Of a stretch of DNA of 64,000 nucleotides, positions 27,013 to 37,291 are shown in pieces (position 1 is the stretch's first letter; each line of letters begins with the position of its first letter). The DNA comes from a virus. The notes beneath the pieces were generated by a model. It was not told the DNA's origin. It did not search any database and saw only the letters and a program-made list of their open reading frames with translations. The translations under genes were made by a program, and so were the position numbers. Where the stretch lies: positions 57,682-121,681 of IMG/VR virus record IMGVR_UViG_3300037466_003456; one strand, 5' to 3'.

Positions 27013-27347
27013 TGCTTCGTGCCTATGATCTTTCTTCCATGACGGAAAAAGCAAATGAATTATTAAATGATCCATCCTTACGGTTAATTAGCTTAAATAT
27101 TTCCTGTTCTGCTGAAACGGCCTACACGGTTGCAAGCATGCGTCTTGCGCCGTGTCCTGCTAGGGAAACGAGATTCAACCGCTATTTGGAACGATTCATT
27201 TTGCTTGGAGGAAGTGGGAATCATGATTTAGATAGAAAATTAGCCGATAAAAATGTTCGATTGCTGAAACAGCATATTTTCCCGACCAGCGAAGGGACGA
27301 TCGTGGTCATCGATTATCAGGTTAAAAAAGGAAGGACGGTTGACTAA
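27012..27347 (+). CDS. Hypothetical protein coupled to portal and RNAP
   Basis: 111 aa; TAATG overlaps at both ends. Confidence 0.6.
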   Translation: MLRAYDLSSMTEKANELLNDPSLRLISLNISCSAETAYTVASMRLAPCPARETRFNRYLERFILLGGSGNHDLDRKLADKNVRLLKQHIFPTSEGTIVVIDYQVKKGRTVD

Positions 27348-30300
27348 TGGAACAGTTCAATCATCAGCAAGCGGTTGAAAACCTACATGCTAAAGTAAAA
27401 GCTATTTTTGATCAATACTTCCCATACGAAAGAAATGATTATCGTTTTGAGGTGAAGAACATCCACTTCGAAGATCCTTCCATTTCGCATGCTAGCCAAG
27501 AACAGGCTTTCTTAAATGACTCCAGCATTGAATCCCTTGTTCGTGGTGACGTAGAAGTTTACCACAAAGGGCAGTTGGTGAAGACACACACTAATCAAAT
27601 TCTAGTCCGTATCCCTTACCCAACGGAAAGAGGTACATACATTGCAGCAGGAAACGAACTGGCTGTTTTAAATCGTATGTCGAGAAGGAATGGAATCTAC
27701 ATTCACCCTGTTAGGGATATTCGGCATACGCAAATCCTTACAGCAGAAGTCCGTTCAAAAGGCTCTCGTTTCGAAATCAATTTTGATACAAACAGAGGTC
27801 AAATCAAGATTGAGAAATTAGGAGATTTCGGTAAAAGCAGTCCTGGTTCCATTGATTTAATCTCATTCCTTCATGTATTAGGTGTAACGGATGCGGAAAT
27901 CAAGTCCGCTGTGAATGATAAGGAATTGTCAGATACCCTTCTTGCCAATTCAACCAATGCGACTACACAAAAAATCTACACCGCTATTTTTGCCAAGGAA
28001 TATCCGGGAGCAGAAGAAGCAAAGCAACAAATTATTGATTTCGTCAATGGTCGCTTAGTCTTTGATCAAGACGCCCAAAAAGTGAATAATCAAACCATTG
28101 GTTCTCCTATCAGCGTATTTGATGCCAGCGCCTTTTTACAGACACTTTCCCAGCTTAGTAAGGAATACCGAAGTCCGGGAACAACGGTGGAGCCTGACGA
28201 TTTCCGTTTTAAAGAAATTAAGGCACCAGAAGACACCGTTTCTGAATTTGTCCGCAGAGGGATTAAGGAGTGGGTAGACAAAAGGCTCCGTCCGATTACT
28301 TATTCCGATTACAATGACCGAAAAACCATCAATGCCAAACCAGACCAATTCATTTACAGACCTATTAAATCACTCTACAACAGTGATATTGCGGAACTAG
28401 TAGATAGCGCAAATCCTCTGGATGTGCATCAAAAACTCTATAAAGTAACACAGGTCGGCACTGGAAATATGAACAAGAAATCGGTAACGAACTATAACCG
28501 TAATATTCAGGACACAGCATTTGCGAAAGTCGATGCCCTTGAAACTCCACAAAGCTACAGTATGGGATTGGTGCAGCATTTCGCTTCGGGAGCCAAAATT
28601 AAGGATGGCCGTGTCTATTCGAAGTTTTATCGGGTGAACAATGGAAAAATCGATACAAGCAAAGTTATCGATGACATTGACCCTCTCGACGAGTATGAAG
28701 AGTTTATCGGATTTAACACACCCGCAGAATTAAATAAGGATGCAAGTGGCCATATTACTTCTTTCAAAAACGATCAGGTTCGAGTCCGTCATCACGGGAC
28801 CTTCATGACCGTTCCGAAAAATCAAGTAACCCTAATTGATACCAGTTCTTCTGCACATATGAGCCATGCCTTGAGTTTAATTCCATTTGGTGCAAGCAAT
28901 GATGGCGCGCGTATGCTGATGGGAGCATCGATGCAAAAGCAATCGTTAAATCTCGAGAATCCTGAAGCTCCACTTGTGCAAAGTATATCCGATCCTGTAA
29001 CCGGAAAAACAGTTGAACAAGAAATGGCAGACCGAGCTTCTTATATCCTTCGTTCCCCTGTCAGCGGCACGGTTAAGCATATTGGAGAAAACTCCATTGA
29101 TATCGATACGGGAGATGGTGTTCATAAGGTTGACAAGCTAAATTATTTTGTCACAGGCAAAGCAGGTGGATTTATTCATCACAAACCAACAGTGAAAGTC
29201 GGAGATACCGTTCAGAAGGATGATTTGCTTGCTGACGGCTGGCAAAGTAAGAACGGACAGTTGGCATTGGGTAGAAACATCACCGTCGCTTACATGCCGT
29301 TTAAGGGCTACAATTTTGAGGATGGAGTAGTAGTTTCAGAGAGTTTCGCTAAAAAAATGGCGTCGGAAGAAGTAAAACCTCTTGAGATTATCCTAGAATC
29401 ACAGAATGGCAGAGTTTTATTCAATGACCCTAAAGCAACGTCCATCCTTAATGGGTTACACGTGTCTCCTGCCCTGTTATCTAAGTTGGATTCAAACGGA
29501 ATCATCAAGAAGGGCGAGGAAGTTCATGCTGGCGATATCCTTGTCGCAGCGGTAAAGGAAATTGAAAAAGAAGATTTATCAGCTGGACAAAGAGATTTGA
29601 AGAATTTACTGCGTGGGAAGATCGTTCAAAGCGAAGCCGATAATTACAAAGATGTTTCCCGGAGAGCAGTCGGTTACCAGAAAGGAAAAGTCATCAATGT
29701 GCAAGTGACCAATACCGCAGAAGGACAAACTAAAGTAACGATTCTTCTTTTATCCTTCAAACCCATGGAATTGGGAGATAAACTATCTGGAAGACACGGA
29801 AACAAGGGTACGATTACTAAAATACTTCCTGACGATCAAATGCCTCATACAGAGGATGGAAAGCCAGTTGAATTGATTTTCTCCCCTCTTGCGGTGCCGT
29901 CGAGAAAAAATCCGGGGCAGCTTTATGAAGTGAATGCCGGACTGGTCGCACAGAAAAAAGGAATGGATGTTTACAAGGTTCATAACTTTGATGCCAATGA
30001 AGTGGATAAGCTGAAGAAACACCTTGAAGACATTGGCATGCCAGATGGAAAGCAAACATTGATTAATCCCGACACCGGAAAACCTTATGAAAATAAGATT
30101 ACTGTGGGTCCCATGTTTATTTTAAAACTGAAACATAAAGTAGAAAGCAAGATTACGGCAAGAAATATAAACGGTTCTCAGGATCCTCTCAAATTATCGC
30201 CAAGAAAAACATCAGGTTCCATTGATGGGGATCGCCACAATCCGCAATCTGTGGGGGGAATGGAGTTCTGGAGCCTAACAAGCGCCGGCGCTGTTCATAA

Positions 30301-33300
30301 CATTCACGATATGACCACTCTTAAATCCGATGGAGCTGGAGATAAAAAACGACGGAAAGAAATCTTTGATGCGATAAGACGTGGGATGCCGATTCCTGAA
30401 CCTGTCACTCCTCAGAGTGTGAAGATATTAGGAGACAAACTATTATCCGCAGGGGTGCAAATGACTCCTCTTCGTGAAGATAAACAAGTTTCTCTCGATG
30501 ATAAGTTTACGGAACTTATGCTCAATCCATTAAGAAAAGACGACCTTATGAATCTGGCAAAAGACAAGGTAACTTCTTCTAAGGGGATGATCGCAAGAAC
30601 CAAAAATTTCGCTCCTGGCGGTATTTATGACCCTGAGATTTTTGGTGCAGACGGTTCACAATGGGCAAGGATTGATTTAGCGGAACCAATGCCAAATCCG
30701 TTATTCCTTGAAAACAATACGGGACCTCGCCCATATGAAGCGATGTTGTTTTCGAAAGGATATAAACAAACGGACATTAAAAATCTAGTGAATGGTGATA
30801 TGTTCCTTGTAGAAGACCCGAAGGATTCAGGATTAAAACAAGGAGAATTGGTCAATTTAAAACAGTTAGACGACCTAATGGCAGAAGGAAAAAAACTAGT
30901 GACTGATACCGGAGGTAGAGCCCTTTCAAAGTTATTAGAAAAGGTTGATATAAAGGAAGAGTTAAAGAAAGCAGAAAGCCGTTTAAGTGAAGCAAAGACG
31001 CTTGCTCAACGCTCAAAGGCTGAACAACAAGTATTAGTATTAGGGAAAGCCTTAGATCAAAAATTGAAGCCGACAGACTTTATGATGACTTCTGTTCCTG
31101 TCCTCCCTGTTAAATATAGGGAACCTAAGCTCGACGGAAAAGTGTTTACCGAGGATGGAATCTCCAAACTCTATAACAACTTAATCAAAAAGAACGATGA
31201 ATATGAAAAATTCAAAGAGGCACATAACGGAGATCTTTCCAATTCGGACCGTTCCGCATACGCAGGAGCGATGGGAGATTACTACGATGGTCTTAAGGAT
31301 ATTATCGGCACTAAGCTAAAACCTGTAGTAGACGATAAGACTGGTCAGCCATTGAAAGGTATCATGCACACCTTAAAGTCCAAACAAGGATTTCTCCGTT
31401 CCAACATGCAATCGAAAATGCAAGATTACTCAGGACGTTCCGTTATTATCGTTGATCCTACTCTGAAGCTGGATGAAGTGGCCCTGCCGGAAGACATGGC
31501 AAGCGAACTGTTCCTCCCTCATGTCATGGGTGAGCTACAACGATTACGCTACTCTCCGAAAGAAATCGAACATTTTGTTACGCATAAGACGAAAGAATTC
31601 CGAGATGCCTTGGAGAAAGTAACCAAGAATCATCCTGTCATTTTAAACCGTCAACCTTCTTTGCACCGCCATAGTTTACAAGCCTTCTACCCTAGAATTA
31701 ACTGGAATGGGGATAAGGTAAAACATCGTGCAATCGGGCTAAATCCCGTTGTTACGACAGGGTACAACGCTGATTTTGATGGTGACACGATGTCTGTACA
31801 TGTGCCAATCACACCTGCTGCCATCGAAGAAGCAAAGAACAAATTGCTTCCAAGTCAGAATCTACTCAACCCGACAAACAATGGCATCATCACTGACCTA
31901 AAACACGAAATGCAACTAGGAATCTTCTATATGACACGGGATATTCTACCTCAAGGAAAGCCGGAGGAGTTCTCCAATTTCCGAGAATTAGAGGATGCTT
32001 ATAATAAAGGCCGCATTAAAACCTATGAATCGGTTCGGATGAATGTTCCTGGTATCGGTTTGGTCACAGCAACAGCAGGACAGCATCTATTTAACCTTTC
32101 TCTACCAATGGGATTCCAAGATTATGAGGGCAACAAAAACGTCAACAAAGGCAAGATGGAGAAGATTCTTTCTAAGATCATCAATGCTCCGAATGGCGGC
32201 GCTCAAAAAGCAGTTCAAGCGATCAATGCCTTACAGACGATTGGGTTCCAAACCGCCACATATTCAGGGATGAGCATTGGGGCAAAAGACTTTGAACCAG
32301 TGCTTCAGGAGAAACAAAACCATCTTTTAGAGGCGGCAGAAAAACAATTCGGTAAAGCAGAGAACCGATTAGCCGCAGGATTATTGGATGTACGACAGGT
32401 GTGGGATGAGGAGAAAGCAAAGCTCGCCAAGAATCATCTAGTCGATTACATTAAGACTTCCCTTGACTCTAACAATCCTGTGGAAATCATGCAGCGTTCA
32501 GGAGCTCGTGGTAATGCCGGACAGATCAATGCGATGGCGGGTATTATCGGGGTTGGTAAAGACGTCACAGGTCGGGAAACACGTGCGATTACCGGCTCTC
32601 ACCTAGAAGGTTTAAGTCCTGACCAATTCTGGGATTTAGCTTACGACAGCCGTAAAGGGATTCTGGATAAATCCATCTCTACTCAAGACCCAGGTGCTTT
32701 AACACGAGAAATCTGGATGACGAATAAGCAAACTGTCATTTCGGAACGTGATTGTGGTGATACGCAAGGTATCTGGCTGGATATGACAAACAGTAGTGAT
32801 AAACAAACCATTAAGGGGCGTGTGTTATTACATGATGTTCCCCTTTCAAAAGGCGGGGTTGTACGTGTCACTCGACGTCCTTTGACCGTTCATGAGGAAG
32901 AATTGATTATGTCTCATGCAAAAGGAAAAGTGAATGTTCGCAGTCCGTTAAGCTGTAAATCCACAAGTGGAGTCTGTCAGATGTGTTATGGAAGAAAGCC
33001 AGGAGGCGTGACGAATGATTTCATTCCAATTGGTGACCCTGTTGGAAGTATCGCAGCTCAGGCGCTGGGCGAACCATCCACTCAGGCCATCTTGAAGGCA
33101 TTTCACGTCGGCGCGGCCAATGCCGCTGCTTCAAATGCGTTTGAACGGATTCAAGAAGCTCTCCGGATTCCACAGCATTTGAAAAACACTTCTAAAGAGG
33201 CAGTCATTGCAGAGGAAGATGGTGTGGTAACAGATGTTGAACATCATCCGATTACCGGAACCGTTGTAAAAATCGGAAGCAAGAAATACAAATTGCATCA

Positions 33301-34072
33301 CAAAGTATTATCCGATTTCGTCAAAGCAGGTGCCCATATCAATAAGGGAGATTTGTTGACCAAGGAGTTTACAGATAGTGGCGATCGTTTGGTTATCCGA
33401 AATCCACATGATGTCTTAAAATTCCAAGGAGTAGATGCAGCTCAGGATTATATCATGAGAGCCATTGAAGATGGATACCACGCGGCGGATATTAAAGATA
33501 CAGACCGCAGACACTATGAGGTCATCACCCGTAATATGATGGATCATGCAGTCATCAAAAACCCTGGCACTTCCCCTTATACGTCAGGTCAGGTCGTTCC
33601 GCTTAGCACGGTGGAAAAATATAATCAGTTGGCCGGAAGAGTTCACTCTGTTGCGATGGATTACTCTAATCGGATGAATGTCATTGGAGCTGTGGCGGCA
33701 CAGGATTACAATGATCCAATCACCATGAAGCCAATTGTCCATAAAGGTGAAGTTATCACGGAACCTATTTGGGAACAACTGAAAAACAGACAGCATATCA
33801 AGGTTCAGAAAAAACCGCTTGAGTACGAGCGAAAACTTATCGGGGTTAATACTAAGAGCTTAAAAGGTAACAATTGGTTAGATTCCGCTGGTTTCGGGGA
33901 TGCAACCCGATTAATTGGCGAAGCGGCTGTCCTTGGCATGAAGGATAAGTTGGATACACCTCTTTCTCGTCAAATGACAGGACTAAAAGGTAACTTCTCT
34001 GACGGGTATGAACCGCACAAAGAGAAAGAAAAAGAACATGGAATTATGGCGTTTGTCCATGGTTTCTTGTAA
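27347..34072 (+). CDS. rpoBC: Single-chain fused beta-beta' multisubunit-type DNA-directed RNA polymerase
   Basis: Beta motifs ETPQ, ARMLMGASMQKQ, GYNFEDG, GDKLSGRHGNKG, PSRKNPGQ, GGMEFWSL; beta' motifs DYSGRSVI, LNRQPSLHR, catalytic NADFDGD (31766-31786), SGARG, RSPLSC, CQMCYG, GEPSTQ. Confidence 0.97.
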   Translation: MEQFNHQQAVENLHAKVKAIFDQYFPYERNDYRFEVKNIHFEDPSISHASQEQAFLNDSSIESLVRGDVEVYHKGQLVKTHTNQILVRIPYPTERGTYIAAGNELAVLNRMSRRNGIYIHPVRDIRHTQILTAEVRSKGSRFEINFDTNRGQIKIEKLGDFGKSSPGSIDLISFLHVLGVTDAEIKSAVNDKELSDTLLANSTNATTQKIYTAIFAKEYPGAEEAKQQIIDFVNGRLVFDQDAQKVNNQTIGSPISVFDASAFLQTLSQLSKEYRSPGTTVEPDDFRFKEIKAPEDTVSEFVRRGIKEWVDKRLRPITYSDYNDRKTINAKPDQFIYRPIKSLYNSDIAELVDSANPLDVHQKLYKVTQVGTGNMNKKSVTNYNRNIQDTAFAKVDALETPQSYSMGLVQHFASGAKIKDGRVYSKFYRVNNGKIDTSKVIDDIDPLDEYEEFIGFNTPAELNKDASGHITSFKNDQVRVRHHGTFMTVPKNQVTLIDTSSSAHMSHALSLIPFGASNDGARMLMGASMQKQSLNLENPEAPLVQSISDPVTGKTVEQEMADRASYILRSPVSGTVKHIGENSIDIDTGDGVHKVDKLNYFVTGKAGGFIHHKPTVKVGDTVQKDDLLADGWQSKNGQLALGRNITVAYMPFKGYNFEDGVVVSESFAKKMASEEVKPLEIILESQNGRVLFNDPKATSILNGLHVSPALLSKLDSNGIIKKGEEVHAGDILVAAVKEIEKEDLSAGQRDLKNLLRGKIVQSEADNYKDVSRRAVGYQKGKVINVQVTNTAEGQTKVTILLLSFKPMELGDKLSGRHGNKGTITKILPDDQMPHTEDGKPVELIFSPLAVPSRKNPGQLYEVNAGLVAQKKGMDVYKVHNFDANEVDKLKKHLEDIGMPDGKQTLINPDTGKPYENKITVGPMFILKLKHKVESKITARNINGSQDPLKLSPRKTSGSIDGDRHNPQSVGGMEFWSLTSAGAVHNIHDMTTLKSDGAGDKKRRKEIFDAIRRGMPIPEPVTPQSVKILGDKLLSAGVQMTPLREDKQVSLDDKFTELMLNPLRKDDLMNLAKDKVTSSKGMIARTKNFAPGGIYDPEIFGADGSQWARIDLAEPMPNPLFLENNTGPRPYEAMLFSKGYKQTDIKNLVNGDMFLVEDPKDSGLKQGELVNLKQLDDLMAEGKKLVTDTGGRALSKLLEKVDIKEELKKAESRLSEAKTLAQRSKAEQQVLVLGKALDQKLKPTDFMMTSVPVLPVKYREPKLDGKVFTEDGISKLYNNLIKKNDEYEKFKEAHNGDLSNSDRSAYAGAMGDYYDGLKDIIGTKLKPVVDDKTGQPLKGIMHTLKSKQGFLRSNMQSKMQDYSGRSVIIVDPTLKLDEVALPEDMASELFLPHVMGELQRLRYSPKEIEHFVTHKTKEFRDALEKVTKNHPVILNRQPSLHRHSLQAFYPRINWNGDKVKHRAIGLNPVVTTGYNADFDGDTMSVHVPITPAAIEEAKNKLLPSQNLLNPTNNGIITDLKHEMQLGIFYMTRDILPQGKPEEFSNFRELEDAYNKGRIKTYESVRMNVPGIGLVTATAGQHLFNLSLPMGFQDYEGNKNVNKGKMEKILSKIINAPNGGAQKAVQAINALQTIGFQTATYSGMSIGAKDFEPVLQEKQNHLLEAAEKQFGKAENRLAAGLLDVRQVWDEEKAKLAKNHLVDYIKTSLDSNNPVEIMQRSGARGNAGQINAMAGIIGVGKDVTGRETRAITGSHLEGLSPDQFWDLAYDSRKGILDKSISTQDPGALTREIWMTNKQTVISERDCGDTQGIWLDMTNSSDKQTIKGRVLLHDVPLSKGGVVRVTRRPLTVHEEELIMSHAKGKVNVRSPLSCKSTSGVCQMCYGRKPGGVTNDFIPIGDPVGSIAAQALGEPSTQAILKAFHVGAANAAASNAFERIQEALRIPQHLKNTSKEAVIAEEDGVVTDVEHHPITGTVVKIGSKKYKLHHKVLSDFVKAGAHINKGDLLTKEFTDSGDRLVIRNPHDVLKFQGVDAAQDYIMRAIEDGYHAADIKDTDRRHYEVITRNMMDHAVIKNPGTSPYTSGQVVPLSTVEKYNQLAGRVHSVAMDYSNRMNVIGAVAAQDYNDPITMKPIVHKGEVITEPIWEQLKNRQHIKVQKKPLEYERKLIGVNTKSLKGNNWLDSAGFGDATRLIGEAAVLGMKDKLDTPLSRQMTGLKGNFSDGYEPHKEKEKEHGIMAFVHGFL

Positions 34073-34277
34073 AATAGAGGAGTAATCATTTAATTCAAGG
34101 AAGAACTTTCAACTTTTGGGGAATTGCTTTTCTTTCCCCTGAAGCCTTGCACTAGGGGTCAAGTCTTCGAAAAAGGTTGAAGTAAAGGAAAAGAGTGAAC
34201 CTCGAAGCGTTTAGGCTAGAAAAGTCCGTTGTTCGCTGTGACGTCCCCGATTCGGTCGCAGGCTCGATTCTTCTTCA

Positions 34278-34320
34278 AACAAAAAAACAGAAGACCCCAA
34301 AGGGTCCTCTGTTTTTTGTT
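34278..34320. terminator. Bidirectional terminator between convergent blocks
   Basis: AAAAAACAGAAGACCC-caaa-GGGTCCTCTGTTTTTT with A/T tracts on both sides. Confidence 0.7.
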
Positions 34321-34629
34321 TTATTCTTCAATGCTTGCTACTGCTTCTTTAAGTCCAATAAATTGACCTCTATCATATTCTTCTTCGAATGCTAATTCAT
34401 GTGCTTCCTCAATATCTGCTACACGTGTTTTTGCTACTGCATCAATTTTGAAATTCTCTTCTAATGCTAATTCGCGTGCTACTTCAACATCTGTAATGCG
34501 CGTTGCTTGCTCTTCTGTGATTTGTACACTTGATTGTTTTTCATTAGCTGCTAAATATGCTAATCCAAATCCTACTCCAAATCCTACTAAACCTAATATT
34601 ACTTTTGTTCCTTTTTTCATCAATACCAT
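34321..34629 (-). CDS. Small N-terminally membrane-anchored protein
   Basis: VILGLVGFGVGFGLAYLAA; internal repeat DVEVARELALEENF / DIEEAHELAFEEEY; own TGTTATAAG motif. Confidence 0.65.
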   Translation of the reverse strand: MVLMKKGTKVILGLVGFGVGFGLAYLAANEKQSSVQITEEQATRITDVEVARELALEENFKIDAVAKTRVADIEEAHELAFEEEYDRGQFIGLKEAVASIEE

Positions 34630-34712
34630 CTCCTAAAATTGTTATTTACTTCCACTTTGCTTATAACATGATTATTTACATAATTTGCGAATCAATAAAA
34701 AAAGAGACCAGC

Positions 34713-34901
34713 TTATTTGCTAGTCTCTTTGACTGGTAAAACTTCACTTACTGGTATTTCTTCACCTGTTCGTCTATCCACGATGTATAGGTGCGCACTC
34801 CCATAAGCACCACCTCTGGCCACGAAGGAAACCGCATATCTCTCTTCGATTTCCTCTAACTCATGGACAGCAAGCGCGGCTCGATATTTCATATCTTTCA
34901 C
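34713..34901 (-). CDS. Hypothetical protein
   Basis: 62 aa; overlaps the dinG stop. Confidence 0.5.
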   Translation of the reverse strand: MKDMKYRAALAVHELEEIEERYAVSFVARGGAYGSAHLYIVDRRTGEEIPVSEVLPVKETSK

Positions 34902-36970
34902 CCCTCTAGTTGTAACGATTGGATATATGCTGCCACGTCTTCCCAGTTCTTTGTTGCCTTAATTTTAAAGTCGAATGAATTAAATATCCTGTTTTTGTAG
35001 CTTGCGGAGGATAGCCTTCCTTCATAGCAAGCAAAAATTCCTTTATCGGTTGCCGTTCGGTTCAGTCGTCCAGAACCTTGCTTCAGGCTGATAATCGCTT
35101 CTGGCAAACTAAACGTATAGAATCCTCTTGGCTCCGACATGAGGTAATCGTTAATTGGATCAGCAACCATCGGAAAAGGTAGTTTATCTATCAAGACAGC
35201 TGATAAGTTCTGACCTTGAATATCAATACCCGTAAACAGAGATTTCGTTCCAAGAACAACTGTATCCGGATGTTTTTTTAAATGATCGATGATTTTCTGC
35301 TTCGGCCATTTCTCTTGTGAAATCACTTGAATGGATTTCGGCAATACTCGAGTAAAATAGGTTTCTGCTTCTAATAGGTTTTTCCTTGATGTGAACAAAC
35401 ACAACGTGCGACCGTGCAAAAGATTAATGACCTTTTCCATCTGCACCAGAACAAAGGGCAAATGTTCCTTATCGGTACCTGCAGGTGTGCCAGGCGGCAA
35501 ATACCAAAGAAAATTATTCTCTAAATCAAATGGGGAGCTAACGATGATTTCCTTCACAGGAAAGCGTTCTTGGTCACTCTCAATGCCGAGATCCGACTTA
35601 ATATGTTCAAACGACTGATTGGCAGAAAGGGTAGCGGACATCACAATCGGAATATATCCTTCTTCTCTCTTTTCAAACAATCGTTTGGTGAGTGCTGCTC
35701 CTGTAGTTGGTTTGGCATGAAGACTAACCATATCGTTTAGCGGTTGGAGCCAAAACAAATCCGTTCCATCATCCTGGTTTTCTTCATAATGAAAGATATA
35801 TTCCAACAGGTTTGCTTTTTGTTCCAGCAGTTCCATTAAACGATAGACAATGATAAACCACTCTACCGAATCATCCCCATACATTTCAGCAGTCGCATGG
35901 ATACTTTCCATGGAAAAACCAAACTTTCTTAGGTAGTTTTCTGCTACCCCCGCAGAGAAACGTAGCGCCTCGATATGGGCGGTTGCATACTTTTGGAGAC
36001 GAGTACGCTCAGGCACCTCTATTTGCCAAAAATCACGGGTGTAGTGACCTCTCACGACCCTTTTATATTCATGTGTCAGACCGACAAACATATCCGTCAA
36101 AGTTCCGTTTACCTGGTCTAACTCCATATCTGTAAAAATATTTATTACAGTTTCTCCTACTTCTGAAAGTTCTGCTCTTTGCATGGCTTTGGCGAATTGG
36201 TCAAAGTGGTTTTTAAGGATACTGATGCTGTATTTTCTCTCTTGAAAGTCTCGGGCGATCGTGCTGACCTCGTGCCCTTCGTCACATATAAGGACTCGCG
36301 CTTTTGGAGGCAGCATATTTACTTCATCCAAAGCAGAGAAGAAGTAGTGGTAATTACAGACGACTAATTTGGAAGTAGCCACTTTCTTTCTTTCTCGATA
36401 ATAATGACAAGTGTCGTAAAACGGACATTGTTTTCCGGTACACTCATTATTATCCAAACAAGCGACCTTCCCCCATACAACGGCGCTTGGATTGAAGTCC
36501 ATTTCGGATTTGTCACCTGTTTTGGTACTGACTGCCCACTTCATGACACTATCATACTCTTCCGCATAATCGGGAGAGGAGAATCCAACTTTTCCACTTA
36601 ATGCATCATTCAGTTTTTTAGGACATAAATAATTGTTTCGCCCTTTGATAAGAACTGGCGTTGCTTGGAAATTATACAGTTTCTCTAGTGTCGGAATATC
36701 TTTATTAATATACTGTTCTTGAAGGATGATCGAGCTAGTGGCAACTATCACCGGTTCATCCGTTTTCATAATATGTTCGAAAGCTGGCACAAGGGCGGCT
36801 AAACTTTTGCCGACCCCTGTAGGAGCTTCTCCTAACAATGCTGACTCGTCTTTGATGGCTTCTTGTATCTTTTGAGACAGTTCCACTTGTTGAGGTCTCT
36901 CTTTGTAATTTGGAACAGCCTTCGCTAATAACCCCTGTTCACCGAACGTTTCGGTTACTAAATCCCTCAT
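34898..36970 (-). CDS. dinG: DinG/YoaA-family Fe-S ATP-dependent DNA helicase
   Basis: GEAPTGVGKS, KGRNNYLC plus three further Cys, NYHYFF, DEGHE, MSATL, LFTS, GIDIQG, IDKLPFP, QGSGRLNR; start taken at ATG 36970. Confidence 0.92.
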   Translation of the reverse strand: MRDLVTETFGEQGLLAKAVPNYKERPQQVELSQKIQEAIKDESALLGEAPTGVGKSLAALVPAFEHIMKTDEPVIVATSSIILQEQYINKDIPTLEKLYNFQATPVLIKGRNNYLCPKKLNDALSGKVGFSSPDYAEEYDSVMKWAVSTKTGDKSEMDFNPSAVVWGKVACLDNNECTGKQCPFYDTCHYYRERKKVATSKLVVCNYHYFFSALDEVNMLPPKARVLICDEGHEVSTIARDFQERKYSISILKNHFDQFAKAMQRAELSEVGETVINIFTDMELDQVNGTLTDMFVGLTHEYKRVVRGHYTRDFWQIEVPERTRLQKYATAHIEALRFSAGVAENYLRKFGFSMESIHATAEMYGDDSVEWFIIVYRLMELLEQKANLLEYIFHYEENQDDGTDLFWLQPLNDMVSLHAKPTTGAALTKRLFEKREEGYIPIVMSATLSANQSFEHIKSDLGIESDQERFPVKEIIVSSPFDLENNFLWYLPPGTPAGTDKEHLPFVLVQMEKVINLLHGRTLCLFTSRKNLLEAETYFTRVLPKSIQVISQEKWPKQKIIDHLKKHPDTVVLGTKSLFTGIDIQGQNLSAVLIDKLPFPMVADPINDYLMSEPRGFYTFSLPEAIISLKQGSGRLNRTATDKGIFACYEGRLSSASYKNRIFNSFDFKIKATKNWEDVAAYIQSLQLEG

Positions 36971-36983
36971 TGTCAAGACCCCT

Positions 36984-37289
36984 TTATTCTTCGTTAACGA
37001 ACGCTTCCGCCCAAATGCCTTCATCCTCTGTATAATTTAACTCGATAACGGTGACATTTGGATCGAACGAATGATATCGTTCAAGGAAACTTTGGATTCC
37101 TACTAAGATGTTCTCAGTCTCTAATTCTTTTTTATATTTAGATCTGTAAACTGCTATAGCCGAGAACTCGCCACCTATGTGGTAATTAATTTCTTTTACA
37201 TCCACATATTCAGGGTCTCCGTCATATTGATCCGCTACGTATACACAGATGCCGTCAATTATTTCTTGTTCGTTCAATTCAAGTTTCAT
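36984..37289 (-). CDS. DUF2653 (YxcD-like) protein
   Basis: NEQEIIDGICVYVA...VDV...FSA...NILVGIQSFL...IELNYTEDEGIWAE resembles the Bacillus YxcD family. Confidence 0.6.
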   Translation of the reverse strand: MKLELNEQEIIDGICVYVADQYDGDPEYVDVKEINYHIGGEFSAIAVYRSKYKKELETENILVGIQSFLERYHSFDPNVTVIELNYTEDEGIWAEAFVNEE

Positions 37290-37291
37290 TA

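Noticed and set aside
29341-29375. KKMASEE in the RNAP as a KxA tag
   Set aside because: Lies within a conserved beta core region after GYNFEDG and lacks the LxxLE context; probably coincidental
27347-34072. RNAP as the host chromosomal rpoB/rpoC locus
   Set aside because: No ribosomal protein or nusG context, flanked by portal and phage genes, fused and far more divergent than Bacillota rpoBC
16912-34072. Inteins or self-splicing introns in terL, portal or RNAP
   Set aside because: The reading frames are continuous and compact; I saw no intein terminal motifs or LAGLIDADG inserts
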